From contig OZ253470.1 in assembly GCA_965261735.1 (NCBI GenBank), positions 2,496,001 through 2,560,000 of the forward strand: a DNA stretch of 64,000 nucleotides. The letters are read 5' to 3'. Each line of letters begins with the position of its first letter. Position 1 is the stretch's first letter. The notes beneath the pieces were generated by a model. The model was not told the DNA's origin, did no database searches, and saw only the letters and a list, made by a program, of their open reading frames with translations. Made by a program: the position numbers and the translations under genes. The stretch is from Alphaproteobacteria bacterium (GTDB lineage: Bacteria > Pseudomonadota > Alphaproteobacteria > SHVV01). This document shows, one piece after another, positions 48,499 to 63,890 of this stretch.

Positions 48499-50388
48499 TC
48501 AGCCGTCACCGCCCAGCGCGGCCAGCAGCGGCTCGAGATACCGGCTGTAGTGGCGCCAGCGTTCCAGCGAGGCCGTGTAGATCGGGCGGCGCACATGGTC
48601 GTAGCTTGCCGTGCCCACGAATCTCGGGTTGTCGAAGAATCGCAGGCACGCCTCATCCCATGGGAGTCCGCAAAAGTCGACGATCTCCCTACTCACCCGC
48701 TCCGGCTCGCGCACCAGGTCCTCATAGGCGACGCCGAGGATTGGAACGTCCAGCGTCTCGCGCCAGTGGGCCATGATACGGCGGTAGTCGTTGTGGAAGG
48801 TCCCAAGATGGGCGAGATGCCGGCTGTACCCGTGGCGTTCGCCAAAATTCTGGAAATAGCACGACAGGCAGGTGTCCCGGGGATCACGCGTCGTGTGAAT
48901 CACGCCCGCACCTGGAAACAGCAGCGCGATCAGCCCGAGGTGGGAGAAGTTGAGCGGCGTCTTGTCGGTGACGCGCGTTGCGCCGCCTCCGATGGCCGCG
49001 AGACGGCCGAGACAGCGGCGCGCGCACTCATCGACAACGGCCTGGGTCAGACCGGAGATACAATCGGGGTAGTCCTCTTCGGTGCCGAGTCGGCCCGGCA
49101 AGGAGTTGGCGATATCGCTGATGTCGGTCAGCTCGCCGCCGCCTGTCACCTCGGGATGGCTGGCCAGGATCTGTTCGACGAGAGTGGTGCCGGAGCGCGG
49201 CATGCCGACGATGAAGACCGGAAGCGTGCTGGCGACTCCCGCGCGCGGCAGCGCGGCCATGGTGTCGCGCGCGAACGCCGCTATCAGGCCCGCGAATGCG
49301 CGGGACTGGTCCCACGGATCGTAGCTCGTCTCGAAGAGGTCGTTGGCCGTCTGAAAATGGGCGAACGCCATATCCCAGGCCTCGCCGTCGTCGTAGAGCT
49401 TGCCGAGGGCGAAATGGAGGAGCTGCTGTTGCTGGGCGAGCAGCCCGCCCTCTTTGAGGATGCGCTCGATGAGGGCCACGGCCTGTTCGCGCTCGCCGAA
49501 GCGCTCGGCCAGACGGCCGTAGGCGAGGGCGATCGCCGGGCTTGCGTTCCCGGCCTCGACAAGCGGAACCAGGAGCGCGCGCGCGGCGGCGAAGTCGCGC
49601 TTGCGCTCGTGGATGTCGGCCTGGCCGGCGAGCGCCTGATTGAGGCCTGGGCGCATCGCCAGCGCGGTTTCGTAGGCGGCCATCGCCTCGTCGAGCGCGC
49701 CCGAATCGCGCAAGGCATTGGCGAGGTTGACCCAAGTCTCGGCCACCATGGGATGCATGGGCTCGAGGCGCAGCGCCTCGCGGTAGGCGGCGACGGCCTG
49801 GTCGAGCCGGCCCCGGCGGTGCAGCACGAAGCCGTGCCCCGCGTGAAGCTCGGCGCTCACCGGATCGAGTCTTATCGCCTCGCCGTACGCCTCGATGGCC
49901 TCGTCGAAGCGGCCCGCCGAGCGGCATGCGAGCGCCAGGTTGGTGCGCGCCGGGGCGTTGTCGGGGGCATGCTCGACCGCTAGGCGCAAGCTCGCGACCG
50001 CGCCGTTGAAATTCCCCAGCGTCGCCAAGGTGTTTCCTAGGTGGAAATGGGCGATCGCGTCGTCGTGCTTGAGCTCGACCGCTTCGCGCAGGCTCGCCTC
50101 GGCGTCCCTCGCGCGCCCGGCCGCGAGCAGGACAATGCCGCGATTACCGTGATAGGTGGACGCGAGCGGGCGGATGGCGATGGCTTGGTCGATGAGCTCG
50201 AGCGCGCCTTCGTTGTCGCCCGCCTGATGCGCGATCATGCCGAGCAGGTGCAGGGCGTCCGGATGGCCCGGCGAGGCCGCCAGGACTTGGCGGTAGCCGC
50301 GCTCGGCGCCAGCCAGGTCGCCGGCCTGGTGGCGGCTGATCGCCTGATCGAGGAGCTGCGAAAGGTGGGGCGCCGCACTGTCGCTCAT
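48499..50388 (-). CDS. TPR-repeat sulfotransferase
   Basis: Multiple TPRs, then FIVGMPRSGTTLVEQIL.SHP, DK.P.N, RDPRD..LS, YEDLV, TAS. Confidence 0.92.
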   Translation of the reverse strand: MSDSAAPHLSQLLDQAISRHQAGDLAGAERGYRQVLAASPGHPDALHLLGMIAHQAGDNEGALELIDQAIAIRPLASTYHGNRGIVLLAAGRARDAEASLREAVELKHDDAIAHFHLGNTLATLGNFNGAVASLRLAVEHAPDNAPARTNLALACRSAGRFDEAIEAYGEAIRLDPVSAELHAGHGFVLHRRGRLDQAVAAYREALRLEPMHPMVAETWVNLANALRDSGALDEAMAAYETALAMRPGLNQALAGQADIHERKRDFAAARALLVPLVEAGNASPAIALAYGRLAERFGEREQAVALIERILKEGGLLAQQQQLLHFALGKLYDDGEAWDMAFAHFQTANDLFETSYDPWDQSRAFAGLIAAFARDTMAALPRAGVASTLPVFIVGMPRSGTTLVEQILASHPEVTGGGELTDISDIANSLPGRLGTEEDYPDCISGLTQAVVDECARRCLGRLAAIGGGATRVTDKTPLNFSHLGLIALLFPGAGVIHTTRDPRDTCLSCYFQNFGERHGYSRHLAHLGTFHNDYRRIMAHWRETLDVPILGVAYEDLVREPERVSREIVDFCGLPWDEACLRFFDNPRFVGTASYDHVRRPIYTASLERWRHYSRYLEPLLAALGGDG

Positions 50389-50618
50389 CGCCGTCTCGGA
50401 CCGGCCGCTACCGTGATGCGCGCGCATCTTATCGAGATTACATCAAGCGCGCACCCCCGGCGCGCTTGCGGCGCGCATTTGGCGCGGGCGGCGCCCGCCG
50501 CAGACCATCACGGCGTTGTGAAAACACCCGCGTTCAGGGTAAGATGGGCCGACAAACAAGCCGGGCGGCACGAGGGGCGTCGCAGAAGGGCCGCGCAGGG
50601 CGTCGGGGATACACTGGC

Positions 50619-51161
50619 ATGAGCATCCGCAGAGAGAGCTTTGGGCTCGCCGCGCGCGCCATCGCGGGCTTCCTGCTCGTGGCGCTCGTCGGCTGCGACC
50701 TGCCGCGCGAATACTCCTACCCGATTTCGGACGGAAAGCGCTCCACCATCTACACCGGCGAGGTGCGCGAGTCGGTGTTCGGCCCCGGCGGAATCACCTT
50801 CGGCGGCCCCGACCGGCCCGAGACGCAGGGCGGCGGCGGAATCGGGGTCAACAGCTTCCTGTGGCGGGCGTCGCTCGATACGCTGTCCTTCATGCCCTTG
50901 GCCTCGGCCGACCCTTTCGGTGGCGTGATCATCACCGACTGGTACAGCCCGCCGGAGTTCCCCGACGAGCGATTCAAGATCACGGTCTACATCCTCGACC
51001 GCCAGCTCAGGGCGGACGGCCTCAAGGTCGCCGCGTTCCGCCAGCAGCGCAAGGGCGCCGCGTCGTGGCGCGATGCGGCCGTCGCCAAGGAAACGGCGAC
51101 CGACCTGGAAAACGCCATCCTGACCCGCGCGCGCCAGCTGCGCATCGCCACCGCACCCTAG
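50619..51161 (+). CDS. DUF3576 family lipoprotein
   Basis: LVGC lipobox, VNSFLWRASLDTLSFMPL.SADPFGG.I.TDWY; upstream of leuS. Confidence 0.88.
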   Translation: MSIRRESFGLAARAIAGFLLVALVGCDLPREYSYPISDGKRSTIYTGEVRESVFGPGGITFGGPDRPETQGGGGIGVNSFLWRASLDTLSFMPLASADPFGGVIITDWYSPPEFPDERFKITVYILDRQLRADGLKVAAFRQQRKGAASWRDAAVAKETATDLENAILTRARQLRIATAP

Positions 51162-51273
51162 GCGCAAACAGGAACGCGTCGGCCTCTGCCGCAAGCGCGA
51201 AGGCGCTTGCACGGCAGCGCGGTCGCGAACATGATCGTGCGCCCGGCTCGGAGCGCCACAAAGACGGCACGGC

Positions 51274-53824
<2,551 letters not shown>

Positions 53825-53838
<14 letters not shown>

Positions 53839-54334
53839 GCGTCTGACCGCGGGCGCTCTCCTGCTTGGCCTTGCCGCGTGCGGTTTCCAGCCGCTGTACG
53901 GCAAATACGCCGACGGCAATGTTCCCTCCCGGTTCGCCGGCATCGAGGTGGTGCCGATACCCGATCGTGTCGGCCAGCTCCTGCGCAACCACCTGCTCGA
54001 CGCGCTCACGCCGGCGGGCCCGCCCGCCACGCCGCGCTACCGCCTCCAGGTGAGCATCCGCACCTCACAGGAGGCGGTTGTGCTACAGAAGGACGATTCG
54101 GCGACGCGGCGCAACCTCACTCTGCGGGCCGAGTATGTCCTCGCCGATCTCTCCAGCGGCGCGACAATGGCACAGGGCGTGACCCATGCGGTCGCCTCCT
54201 ACAACGTCGTGCGCTCGGATTTCGCCACCTTGACGGCGGAGCAGGACGCGGCGCGCCGCGCGGTGCGCACGGTCAGCACCGACATCGTGACGCGGCTCGC
54301 GGTCGCACTCGCGGTGCCCGGTCGGGGCGCGTAG
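53825..54334 (+). CDS. lptE: LPS assembly lipoprotein LptE
   Basis: [10 protein letters not shown] lipobox; between leuS and holA. Confidence 0.88.
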
Positions 54335-54343
54335 GCACGAGCC

Positions 54344-55390
54344 ATGAAGCTTAGCGGTCGGCGCGCCGAGGCGTTCGTCGAGCGGCCCGATCCGGCGGTG
54401 CGCGCGGCGCTCCTCTATGGCGCCGATGCCGGGCTCATCGCGGAGCGGGCGCGCGCGCTCACCCTCGCCGTGGTCGAGAATGCGAGCGATCCGTTTCGCA
54501 TTACCGAGCTTGCGGGGGCCGCGATCGAACGCGAGCCTGCGCGCCTCTCCGACGAGGCCGCGGCCTTGGCGTTCCTCGGCGGGCGTAGGGTCGTTCGCGT
54601 ACGCGATGGGGGTGATGGCCTGGCGCCGCTGTTCGCGCGCTGGTTCGCCGACTCGGTGGGCGAGGCGTTGGTCATCGTCGAGGCCGGAGAGTTGCGCCCG
54701 CGCTCGGCACTGCGCCGCCTTTTCGAGGAGACGCCTGATGCCGCCGCCCTCCCCTGCTACCCCGACGAGGGCGGCGCGCTCGATCGCCTGATCGACGACG
54801 CGTTGAGGAACTTCGGCCTCGCGATCGACGCCGACGCCCGCGCCTATCTCGGCCAGCGCCTCGGCGGCGACCGCGGCGTCAGTCGCCGCGAGCTCGACAA
54901 GCTGGCGCTCTACGTGGCCGCCGGCGGCAACGGTGAGCGGAGTGTCGCGATAACCCTGGACGATGTGCGCGCGTGCGTTGGCGACAGTACGACGATCGGA
55001 CTCGAGGATCTGGCGATGGCGGTCGCCGACGGTGACCCACGGGCCCTCGATAGGCTGATGGCGCGGTCGGCGCTCGAGGCCGCGGCGCCGGTGGCGCTAC
55101 TGCGCGCGACCGCCCGCCACTTCCAGCGCCTGCACCGCGCGTCGGGAGCGCGCGATACGGGCGCGTCCGAGAAGAGGGCAGTTTCGGACTTGAAACCACC
55201 GCTGTTTTTCAGGCACGTGGAGGCCGTCATCGATCAGCTCAGGCGGTGGCAAACGCCTGCGATTAATGACGCTCTCGAAATCATTTCGGAAACAGAATTA
55301 CTATGCAAATCCACCGGCGTCCCGGCGCGCGCCGCGTGCGGACAGGCACTACTGAGGGTCGCCGCGCTAGCGCCCCACGGCACCCGCTAG
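54344..55390 (+). CDS. holA: DNA polymerase III delta subunit
   Basis: LLYGAD.G, ELDKLALY, PPLFF; synteny with leuS-lptE. Confidence 0.92.
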   Translation: MKLSGRRAEAFVERPDPAVRAALLYGADAGLIAERARALTLAVVENASDPFRITELAGAAIEREPARLSDEAAALAFLGGRRVVRVRDGGDGLAPLFARWFADSVGEALVIVEAGELRPRSALRRLFEETPDAAALPCYPDEGGALDRLIDDALRNFGLAIDADARAYLGQRLGGDRGVSRRELDKLALYVAAGGNGERSVAITLDDVRACVGDSTTIGLEDLAMAVADGDPRALDRLMARSALEAAAPVALLRATARHFQRLHRASGARDTGASEKRAVSDLKPPLFFRHVEAVIDQLRRWQTPAINDALEIISETELLCKSTGVPARAACGQALLRVAALAPHGTR

Positions 55391-55439
55391 GTGGCCTGGC
55401 CGCGCCGGCCATCGCCGTCGCGGGCTACCGAATCTTACT

Positions 55440-56315
55440 CTACTCAGGGTTGTGGCAGAGGCGCTGGCACACCAGATCGAGCTGGTCGAGGGTGCGAAAG
55501 CCGATGTTCATCTCGCCCCCCCTGTCCGGGCGATGGCGGATGGTGACCTTGAGCCCGAGGGCCTGAGACAGGTCGCGCTCGAGCGATACCGTGTCAGCAT
55601 CCTTCGCCGCTTTCCGGCGGCCACGCGGCGTGGGCGCCCGCGTCTGGGCGAGGCGTTCGGCTTCGCGCACCGAGAGCCCGCGGCGCACGATCTCGTGGGC
55701 GAGCTTCTCGGGATCGTCGGTACCGAGCAGGGTCCGAGCATGGCCCGCCGTCAGCCGGCCATCCTCGATCATCGCCTTGACCGTGTCCGGCAGGCCGAGC
55801 AGGCGGAGCACGTTGGCGACGTGGCTTCGGCTCTTGCCGATGGTCTGCGCGAGCTGCTCCTGGGTGTGCGCGAACTCGTCGATCAGGCGGCGATAGGCCT
55901 GAGCTTCTTCGATGGCGGTCAGGTCCTCGCGCTGGAGGTTTTCCACCAGCGCGATTTCCAACACCTCGGCATCGGCGAGTTCTTTAACGATGACCGGGAT
56001 CTGGTGGAGCTGGGCGACCTGGGCGGCGCGCCACCGTCGCTCGCCGGCGACGATCTCGTAGGTGTCGGCGTCGTCCCCACTGCGCCGCACGACGATGGGC
56101 TGGAGAATGCCGTGCGCCCTGATCGAGGCAACGAGGGCTTGGCCCGCCTCGTCGTCGAATCGGCTGCGCGGCTGCAGCGGGTTTGGCCTGAGGAACTCGA
56201 CCGGGACCTCCTTGGTCGTACGAAGGCGGTCGAGCGACGCATAGTCGTCCGTGTCCTCACCGAGAAGCGCCGACAGTCCGCGACCCAAGCCCAGGTGCTT
56301 GCCCTCCTCGCTCAT
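55440..56315 (-). CDS. parB: Chromosome partitioning protein ParB
   Basis: GLGRGLSAL, AGERRWRAA, ENLQREDL, KSRSHVAN.LRLL. Confidence 0.96.
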   Translation of the reverse strand: MSEEGKHLGLGRGLSALLGEDTDDYASLDRLRTTKEVPVEFLRPNPLQPRSRFDDEAGQALVASIRAHGILQPIVVRRSGDDADTYEIVAGERRWRAAQVAQLHQIPVIVKELADAEVLEIALVENLQREDLTAIEEAQAYRRLIDEFAHTQEQLAQTIGKSRSHVANVLRLLGLPDTVKAMIEDGRLTAGHARTLLGTDDPEKLAHEIVRRGLSVREAERLAQTRAPTPRGRRKAAKDADTVSLERDLSQALGLKVTIRHRPDRGGEMNIGFRTLDQLDLVCQRLCHNPE

Positions 56316-57130
56316 GCGACCGCCGCCGCCGCTTCTGCCTCAGCCTCGCGGTTCAGCAGTTCCCTCGCCAGGCGAATGTAGGCGTCGCTCCCGGCACAGC
56401 GATGGTCGTAGAGCAGCGCTGGCTTGCCGAACGACGGCGCCTCGGAGACGCGCACGTTGCGGGGGATGACCGTGTCATAAACCTTGGCGCCGAGGAAGCC
56501 GCGCACGTCGGCCGCGACCTGTTCGGAGAGGTTATTGCGCTTGTCGAACATCGTCAGCACCACACCATCGATGTCGAGCTCGGGATTGAAGTTGGCACGC
56601 ACGCGCTCCACCGTCCGCATCAATCGGCTCAGTCCCTCGAGCGCAAAGAACTCGCACTGCAGGGGCACCAGTACCGAGGTCGCGGCAACGAGCGCGTTCA
56701 GCGTCAGCAGGCCGAGCGCCGGCGGACAGTCGATGAGAACATAGTGGTATTTTCCTGAGCACTGGTTAAGCGCCATGCGCAGTCGGTGGCTGCGCTGGGG
56801 GAGGTCGATGAGCTCGAGCTCGGCGGCCGTGAGATCGGCGCTCGAGGGCACCACGTCGAGCCCGGGCACGTCGCTCATCGTCGTCGCCTGGCCCACGGTG
56901 GCCGAACCCAACAGCACTTCGTAGCTCGACACGGCGCGGGCGGCGTGCTTGATTCCGAGGCCGGTACTAGCGTTGCCCTGAGGGTCGAGATCGAAGAGCA
57001 GGACGCGGCGCTCGATAGCCGCCAACGCCGTCGCCAAGTTGATTGCCGTCGTCGTCTTGCCGACCCCGCCCTTCTGATTGGCGATCGCCAGGACGCGGGT
57101 GCGGCGTGGCACGGTAGCGACGTCAAGCAC
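56312..57130 (-). CDS. parA: Chromosome partitioning ATPase ParA
   Basis: NQKGGVGKTTT, DLDPQGNA, DCPP, PRNVR.SEAPS. Confidence 0.96.
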   Translation of the reverse strand: MLDVATVPRRTRVLAIANQKGGVGKTTTAINLATALAAIERRVLLFDLDPQGNASTGLGIKHAARAVSSYEVLLGSATVGQATTMSDVPGLDVVPSSADLTAAELELIDLPQRSHRLRMALNQCSGKYHYVLIDCPPALGLLTLNALVAATSVLVPLQCEFFALEGLSRLMRTVERVRANFNPELDIDGVVLTMFDKRNNLSEQVAADVRGFLGAKVYDTVIPRNVRVSEAPSFGKPALLYDHRCAGSDAYIRLARELLNREAEAEAAAAVA

Positions 57131-57791
57131 GCTTAAGTCCTCTGAGCCGCAATACGGATCCGTCCGGATCGGACAGGCTCGGCAGTTGCTCGACGGTCAT
57201 CTTCCAATATTTACCGGCGTCGGTCAATTCCCGCGCGACCGATCGCCCCTTGGGAAACAGGCACACGGTGGCGCGGCCGACGAACGGATGCGCAAGCCCG
57301 CACAGCCGCGCGAGCGGCGCCACGGCGCGCGCGGTGACGACATCGACGGGCCACGGGGTGAGGGCCTCGATACGCGCACGGTGGATAACGACCGGTGCTG
57401 CCGTGACCCGCGCGGCCACCGCCAGAAACGCGCATTTCCGCGCGTTGCTTTCGACGAGATGGACTTCGGGTGCGCCCATGATGGCCAGCACCAGGCCGGG
57501 GAAACCGGCGCCGCTACCGATGTCGATCCAGGTTCGCGCGGACGCCGGCGCGAGCGCCAGTAGCTGCACCGAGTCGAGAATGTGGCGGCGCCAGACATCG
57601 CCGAAGCTCGCCGGGCTGACGAGGTGGGTGGCACTCTGCCATTTGGCGATCAACGCGACGAGCTCGGCCAGGCGGTCTAGTGTTTCACGTGAAACGCCGG
57701 CGGCTGAGCGAAACTCCGAAGCCGTCAGCGGCGGCAGCTCCAACGATGGTGTTCGACTAGGGGTAGGCACTGGCGCCGCCGCGCCGGACAT
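57123..57791 (-). CDS. rsmG: 16S rRNA m7G527 methyltransferase
   Basis: [28 protein letters not shown]. Confidence 0.95.
   Translation of the reverse strand: MSGAAAPVPTPSRTPSLELPPLTASEFRSAAGVSRETLDRLAELVALIAKWQSATHLVSPASFGDVWRRHILDSVQLLALAPASARTWIDIGSGAGFPGLVLAIMGAPEVHLVESNARKCAFLAVAARVTAAPVVIHRARIEALTPWPVDVVTARAVAPLARLCGLAHPFVGRATVCLFPKGRSVARELTDAGKYWKMTVEQLPSLSDPDGSVLRLRGLKRA
57681..57696. promoter_or_regulatory. parS site
   Basis: TGTTTCACGTGAAACG inside rsmG. Confidence 0.9.
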
Positions 57792-59640
57792 GGGCGAGGA
57801 GCGCGGTCAGCGACGCCGGGGTCACGCCCGAGATGCGCGCGGCCGCGCCCAGCGTGGGCGGGCGGGCTGCCTGCAGTTTTCCCCGCACCTCCGTCGACAG
57901 GGCGCCGACCGCCGCGTAGTCCAGGTCGTCCGGCAGCAGAAGGCTTTCGTCGCGCCGAAACGCCTTGATGTCCGCCGCCTGGCGCCCGAGGTATCCGGCA
58001 TAACGGGCGTCGATTTCGAGCTGCTCGGCGACCTCCGCACGGACCCCGGCGAGCTCGGGCCAGATCATCGCCAACTGTTTGACGTCGACACCGGGTAGAG
58101 CCAACAGATCTGCCGCGGAGCGCCACTCGCCATCGCGATTGACGTTGAGGCCGCGACGACACGCGGCATCCGGCGTCAGCCCGAGCTCGGCGACGATCGC
58201 GCGCGCCGCGCCCAGCGCTTCAGCCTTGTGAGCAAAATCGTGGCGCCGTTCGGCGCCGACACACCCGGCGGTTATCCCCTTCGGCGTCAGGCGTTGGTCC
58301 GCGTTATCGGCGCGCAAGCTGAGGCGATACTCCGCGCGCGAGGTAAACATTCGATAGGGCTCGGAAGTCCCCTTCGTCACGAGGTCGTCGATCAAGACGC
58401 CGATATAGGCGTCCGCCCTATCGAGCACGACGGGACCCTCCTTGCCGGCCGCTCGGGCCGCGTTGAGGCCGGCCACGATACCCTGCGCGGCCGCTTCCTC
58501 GTAACCTGTGGTCCCGTTGATCTGCCCGGCGAAGTAGAGGCCGGCTATACGGCGCGTCTCCAAGCTCGGCCGCAACTCGCGCGGATCGACGAAATCGTAC
58601 TCGATGGCGTAACCGGGCCGCGTCATCCGGGCCTGTTCGAGGCCGGGAATGGATTCGATGAGCTCTTGCTGCACCTCGCGCGGCAGCGAGGTCGATATAC
58701 CGTTGGGATAGATCGTCGAATCCTCGAGTCCCTCGGGCTCAAGGAAGATTTGATGCCGGGCGCGGTCGGCAAAGCGAACGACCTTGTCCTCGATCGAGGG
58801 ACAGTAACGCGGCCCCGCGCTTTCGATCTGCCCGGAATACATGGGTGAGCGATGCAAGTTCGCGCGTATCAGGGCGTGCGATCTCGGCGTCGTGGCGGTG
58901 ATGTGGCAGGGGATCTGCGGCGTCGTGATCGCGCCCGTGAGAAACGAGAAGGGTACCGGCGGATCGTCGCCGAGCTGTACCTCGAGTTTCTCCCAGTCGA
59001 TCGTATTACCATCGAGGCGGGGCGGCGTCCCGGTCTTAAGGCGGCCGAGAGCGAAACCGGCCCGTTCGAGGGTGAGCGCGAGCCCGCGCGCCGGTGCCTC
59101 GCCGACGCGGCCCGCCGGCGTCCGCTCCTCCCCGATGTGAATCAGCCCACGCAGGAACGTGCCCGTGGTCACGACCACGCGCGCGGCCGAGATCGCGCGC
59201 CCATCGCCTGTGACGATGCCGGTAACCGTGCGCCCGCTGAGGAGCAGATCCTCAACCGCCGCACCATGAACATCGAGGCCCGGCGTGGCGTAAAGCGCGC
59301 CCTGCATGGCCCGGCGATAGAGCGCGCGGTCGGCCTGCGCCCGGGGCCCGCGCACCGCCGGCCCCTTGCGCCGGTTGAGCACGCGGAACTGAATGCCGGC
59401 CCGGTCCGCAACCCGCCCCATCAAGCCATCGAGGGCATCGATCTCGCGCACGAGGTGGCCCTTGGCGACGCCCCCAATCGCCGGGTTGCAGGACATCTCG
59501 CCGATGGTCGCGGGGTTGTGGGTGATCAACAATGTGGCGGCGCCGAACCGGGCGGCGGCCGCTGCCGCCTCGCAGCCCGCGTGGCCGCCCCCTACGACGA
59601 TGACATCGTAACAGGACTTCGGATCGACCTTCCCCGTCAT
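57757..59640 (-). CDS. mnmG: tRNA modification enzyme MnmG
   Basis: [41 protein letters not shown]. Confidence 0.98.
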   Translation of the reverse strand: MTGKVDPKSCYDVIVVGGGHAGCEAAAAAARFGAATLLITHNPATIGEMSCNPAIGGVAKGHLVREIDALDGLMGRVADRAGIQFRVLNRRKGPAVRGPRAQADRALYRRAMQGALYATPGLDVHGAAVEDLLLSGRTVTGIVTGDGRAISAARVVVTTGTFLRGLIHIGEERTPAGRVGEAPARGLALTLERAGFALGRLKTGTPPRLDGNTIDWEKLEVQLGDDPPVPFSFLTGAITTPQIPCHITATTPRSHALIRANLHRSPMYSGQIESAGPRYCPSIEDKVVRFADRARHQIFLEPEGLEDSTIYPNGISTSLPREVQQELIESIPGLEQARMTRPGYAIEYDFVDPRELRPSLETRRIAGLYFAGQINGTTGYEEAAAQGIVAGLNAARAAGKEGPVVLDRADAYIGVLIDDLVTKGTSEPYRMFTSRAEYRLSLRADNADQRLTPKGITAGCVGAERRHDFAHKAEALGAARAIVAELGLTPDAACRRGLNVNRDGEWRSAADLLALPGVDVKQLAMIWPELAGVRAEVAEQLEIDARYAGYLGRQAADIKAFRRDESLLLPDDLDYAAVGALSTEVRGKLQAARPPTLGAAARISGVTPASLTALLAHVRRGGASAYP

Positions 59641-59647
59641 GGCGCTC

Positions 59648-59676
59648 AAACTAGTGCCGCCAACCGGGCCTGTCAA
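59648..59676 (-). promoter_or_regulatory. Sigma70 promoter for mnmG (leaderless candidate)
   Basis: TTGACA-N17-TAGTTT-N7-ATG. Confidence 0.6.
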
Positions 59677-59715
59677 AGCTCCCGCACCATAGAGGCGAGG
59701 GCCTTCACCGACACA

Positions 59716-61061
59716 TCATTTTCCGATGCAGAAGTCTCGGAACACTATATCTAGTATGTCCTCGACGTCGACACGACCGGTGATGCGCCCCAGCGCACGG
59801 GCCGCGAGGCGCACGTCCTCGGCCATCAGGTCGACGTCACCGCGGGCCTCCGCCGCGGCGAGCGCACGCTCGATCGACCCCGCGCAGTCCTCCAAGGCCC
59901 GGCGGTGGCGCAACCTGGTCAGGCTGGGCCCACCGCTTAGGCGCTCCGACACCGCGTCCACCAAGGTGGCGAGCAGCTCCGGTACGCCCAGCCCCGAATG
60001 CGCCGATATGGCCAAGGCGGGGCGGCCTCCGGACGCGTGCGGGGTTGGCGGCGCGCGCAGGTCGGATTTGTTGATCACGACCACCGTATCGCCATCGACG
60101 AGGCCCGCAGTCGCCTCGTCGAGTGCTGGCCAGTGGCAGGCGTCGAAGAGCGCGAGCTTGAGATCGGCAACCGCTGCCCGCGCCATCGCGCGGCGTACGC
60201 CCTCGCTCTCGACAGCATCGGTACTGTCGCGCAATCCCGCGGTGTCCGCCACGGTCACCGGGTAGCCCCCGAGCTCGAGGCGGACCTCGATCACGTCGCG
60301 GGTGGTGCCGGTGGTCGCGGCGACGATGGCCGCGTCGCGCCGCGCGAGCAGGTTTAGCAGGCTTGATTTGCCAACATTGGGAGCGCCGACAATGGCCACG
60401 TACAGCCCCTCCCGGAGGCGCTCGCCGCGGCGGTTGTCGTCGAGGTGGCCGACGATTTCGGTGCGAAGGACGGCGATCTCGCCGATCGCCGCGGCCGCGA
60501 CCGACGGCGGTAAGTCCTCATCGACGAAGTCGATCTCGCTCTCGATATGCGCGAGCCCGCGCAATAGGCGGGCTCGCCAGTCCTCGTAGAGAGCGCCGAG
60601 AGCGCCGTCGAGCTGGCGCAGGGCCTGGCGCCGCTGGGCCGCAGTTTCGGCGTTGACGAGATCGGCCAGGCCCTCGGCCTGCGTGAGATCGAGCTTGCCA
60701 TTCTCGAAGGCGCGGCGGCTGAACTCGCCGGGCTCGGCGGGCCGCAAGCCGGGCAGGGCGCCAAGGGCCTCGACCAGGGCGCTACGACCGCCGTTCCGCC
60801 GTGGACGTGAAACTCGGCCACGTCCTCGCCGGTGAAGCTCGCCGGCTCGGGAAACCACAGCACGAGACCGCGATCGATGGTGTCACCGTCACCGCCGCGC
60901 AGGCGCGCCCGCCGCGCCGCGCGGGGCGGCCCCGGCGCCCGCCCGGTGAGCGCCCGTAGCGCCGCGTCCGCCGCAGGGCCCGAAACCCGGACCACGGCCA
61001 CGCCGGCGCGGCCGGCGCCCGATGATAGGGCGAAAATCGTGTCGGAGGTCGCTGGGTCTAT
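59716..61061 (-). CDS. mnmE: tRNA modification GTPase MnmE, frameshifted near 60780
   Basis: DTIFALSS...SFTGED..E.H.HGG in one frame; [33 protein letters not shown] in the next. Confidence 0.93.
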
Positions 61062-61438
61062 TCCCGAGCCTCGGTCTCGTCGACGCCCAGCATCAGGCGC
61101 TCGACGCGATCGTCCTTGACCAGGTGCGTCTCGATGATCTCGTCGATATCGGACTCGTTGACGAAGGTGTACCACGTGCCTTCGGGGTAGATCACCATGT
61201 TGGGGCCGAGTTCGCAGCGATCCAGGCAGAGAGCCTGGTTCACGCGCACGCCCTCGACCTTGAGCTCGCTCACGCGCTGCTTCATGTAGCCGCGCATCTC
61301 GACCGAGCCCTTCTCCTTGCAACAGCCGCGCGGGTGCCCGGGCGCACGCTCGTTCAGGCACACGAAGACGTGCTTGCGATAGAACAGGGGCTCGTCCTTG
61401 GCCGCCCCGGGCGCTTCGTCGCGCACCGTGTCATTCAT
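61058..61438 (-). CDS. Thioredoxin-like [2Fe-2S] ferredoxin
   Basis: HVFVC.N...GCC...CLDRC..GP..VIYPEG.WY. Confidence 0.9.
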   Translation of the reverse strand: MNDTVRDEAPGAAKDEPLFYRKHVFVCLNERAPGHPRGCCKEKGSVEMRGYMKQRVSELKVEGVRVNQALCLDRCELGPNMVIYPEGTWYTFVNESDIDEIIETHLVKDDRVERLMLGVDETEARE

Positions 61439-61624
61439 GCACCCCGTCTCCTCTGCTGCACGCGGCGCTCGTCCGCCGTTGCGGCGAGCGCTCAACCACC
61501 TAGCGCCATTCCTACTGCATCGACGGCGCCGCGGGCAAATCCTAATATCGCCTTGCCGGCACCAACCATCGATCAATATCGCTAGCGGGCGCCGCCGGCC
61601 CAGAGCCTTCCGCGATCCTCGGAG

Positions 61625-63676
<2,052 letters not shown>

Positions 63677-63890
63677 CAACCCTAGATCAAGGCGCTAGAG
63701 TGTGCGCACGACAGGGTGAACGGAGAGCGCCAGGGGGGCGGGGGCCCACGACAAGTAAATCCGGCCGGCACCGGCCGTAGGGGCGTAGAGCCCTCCGCCG
63801 GCGCCGCGTTCGCGCCCCTAACAGCCCAGCGGACGTCCGCATCGGTCCGGTCCCACCAGGCATCGATTCACGAACCACAAGAGAGAGCCC

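Noticed and set aside
48322-49983. 553-aa plus-strand ORF
   Set aside because: Antisense to the TPR sulfotransferase.
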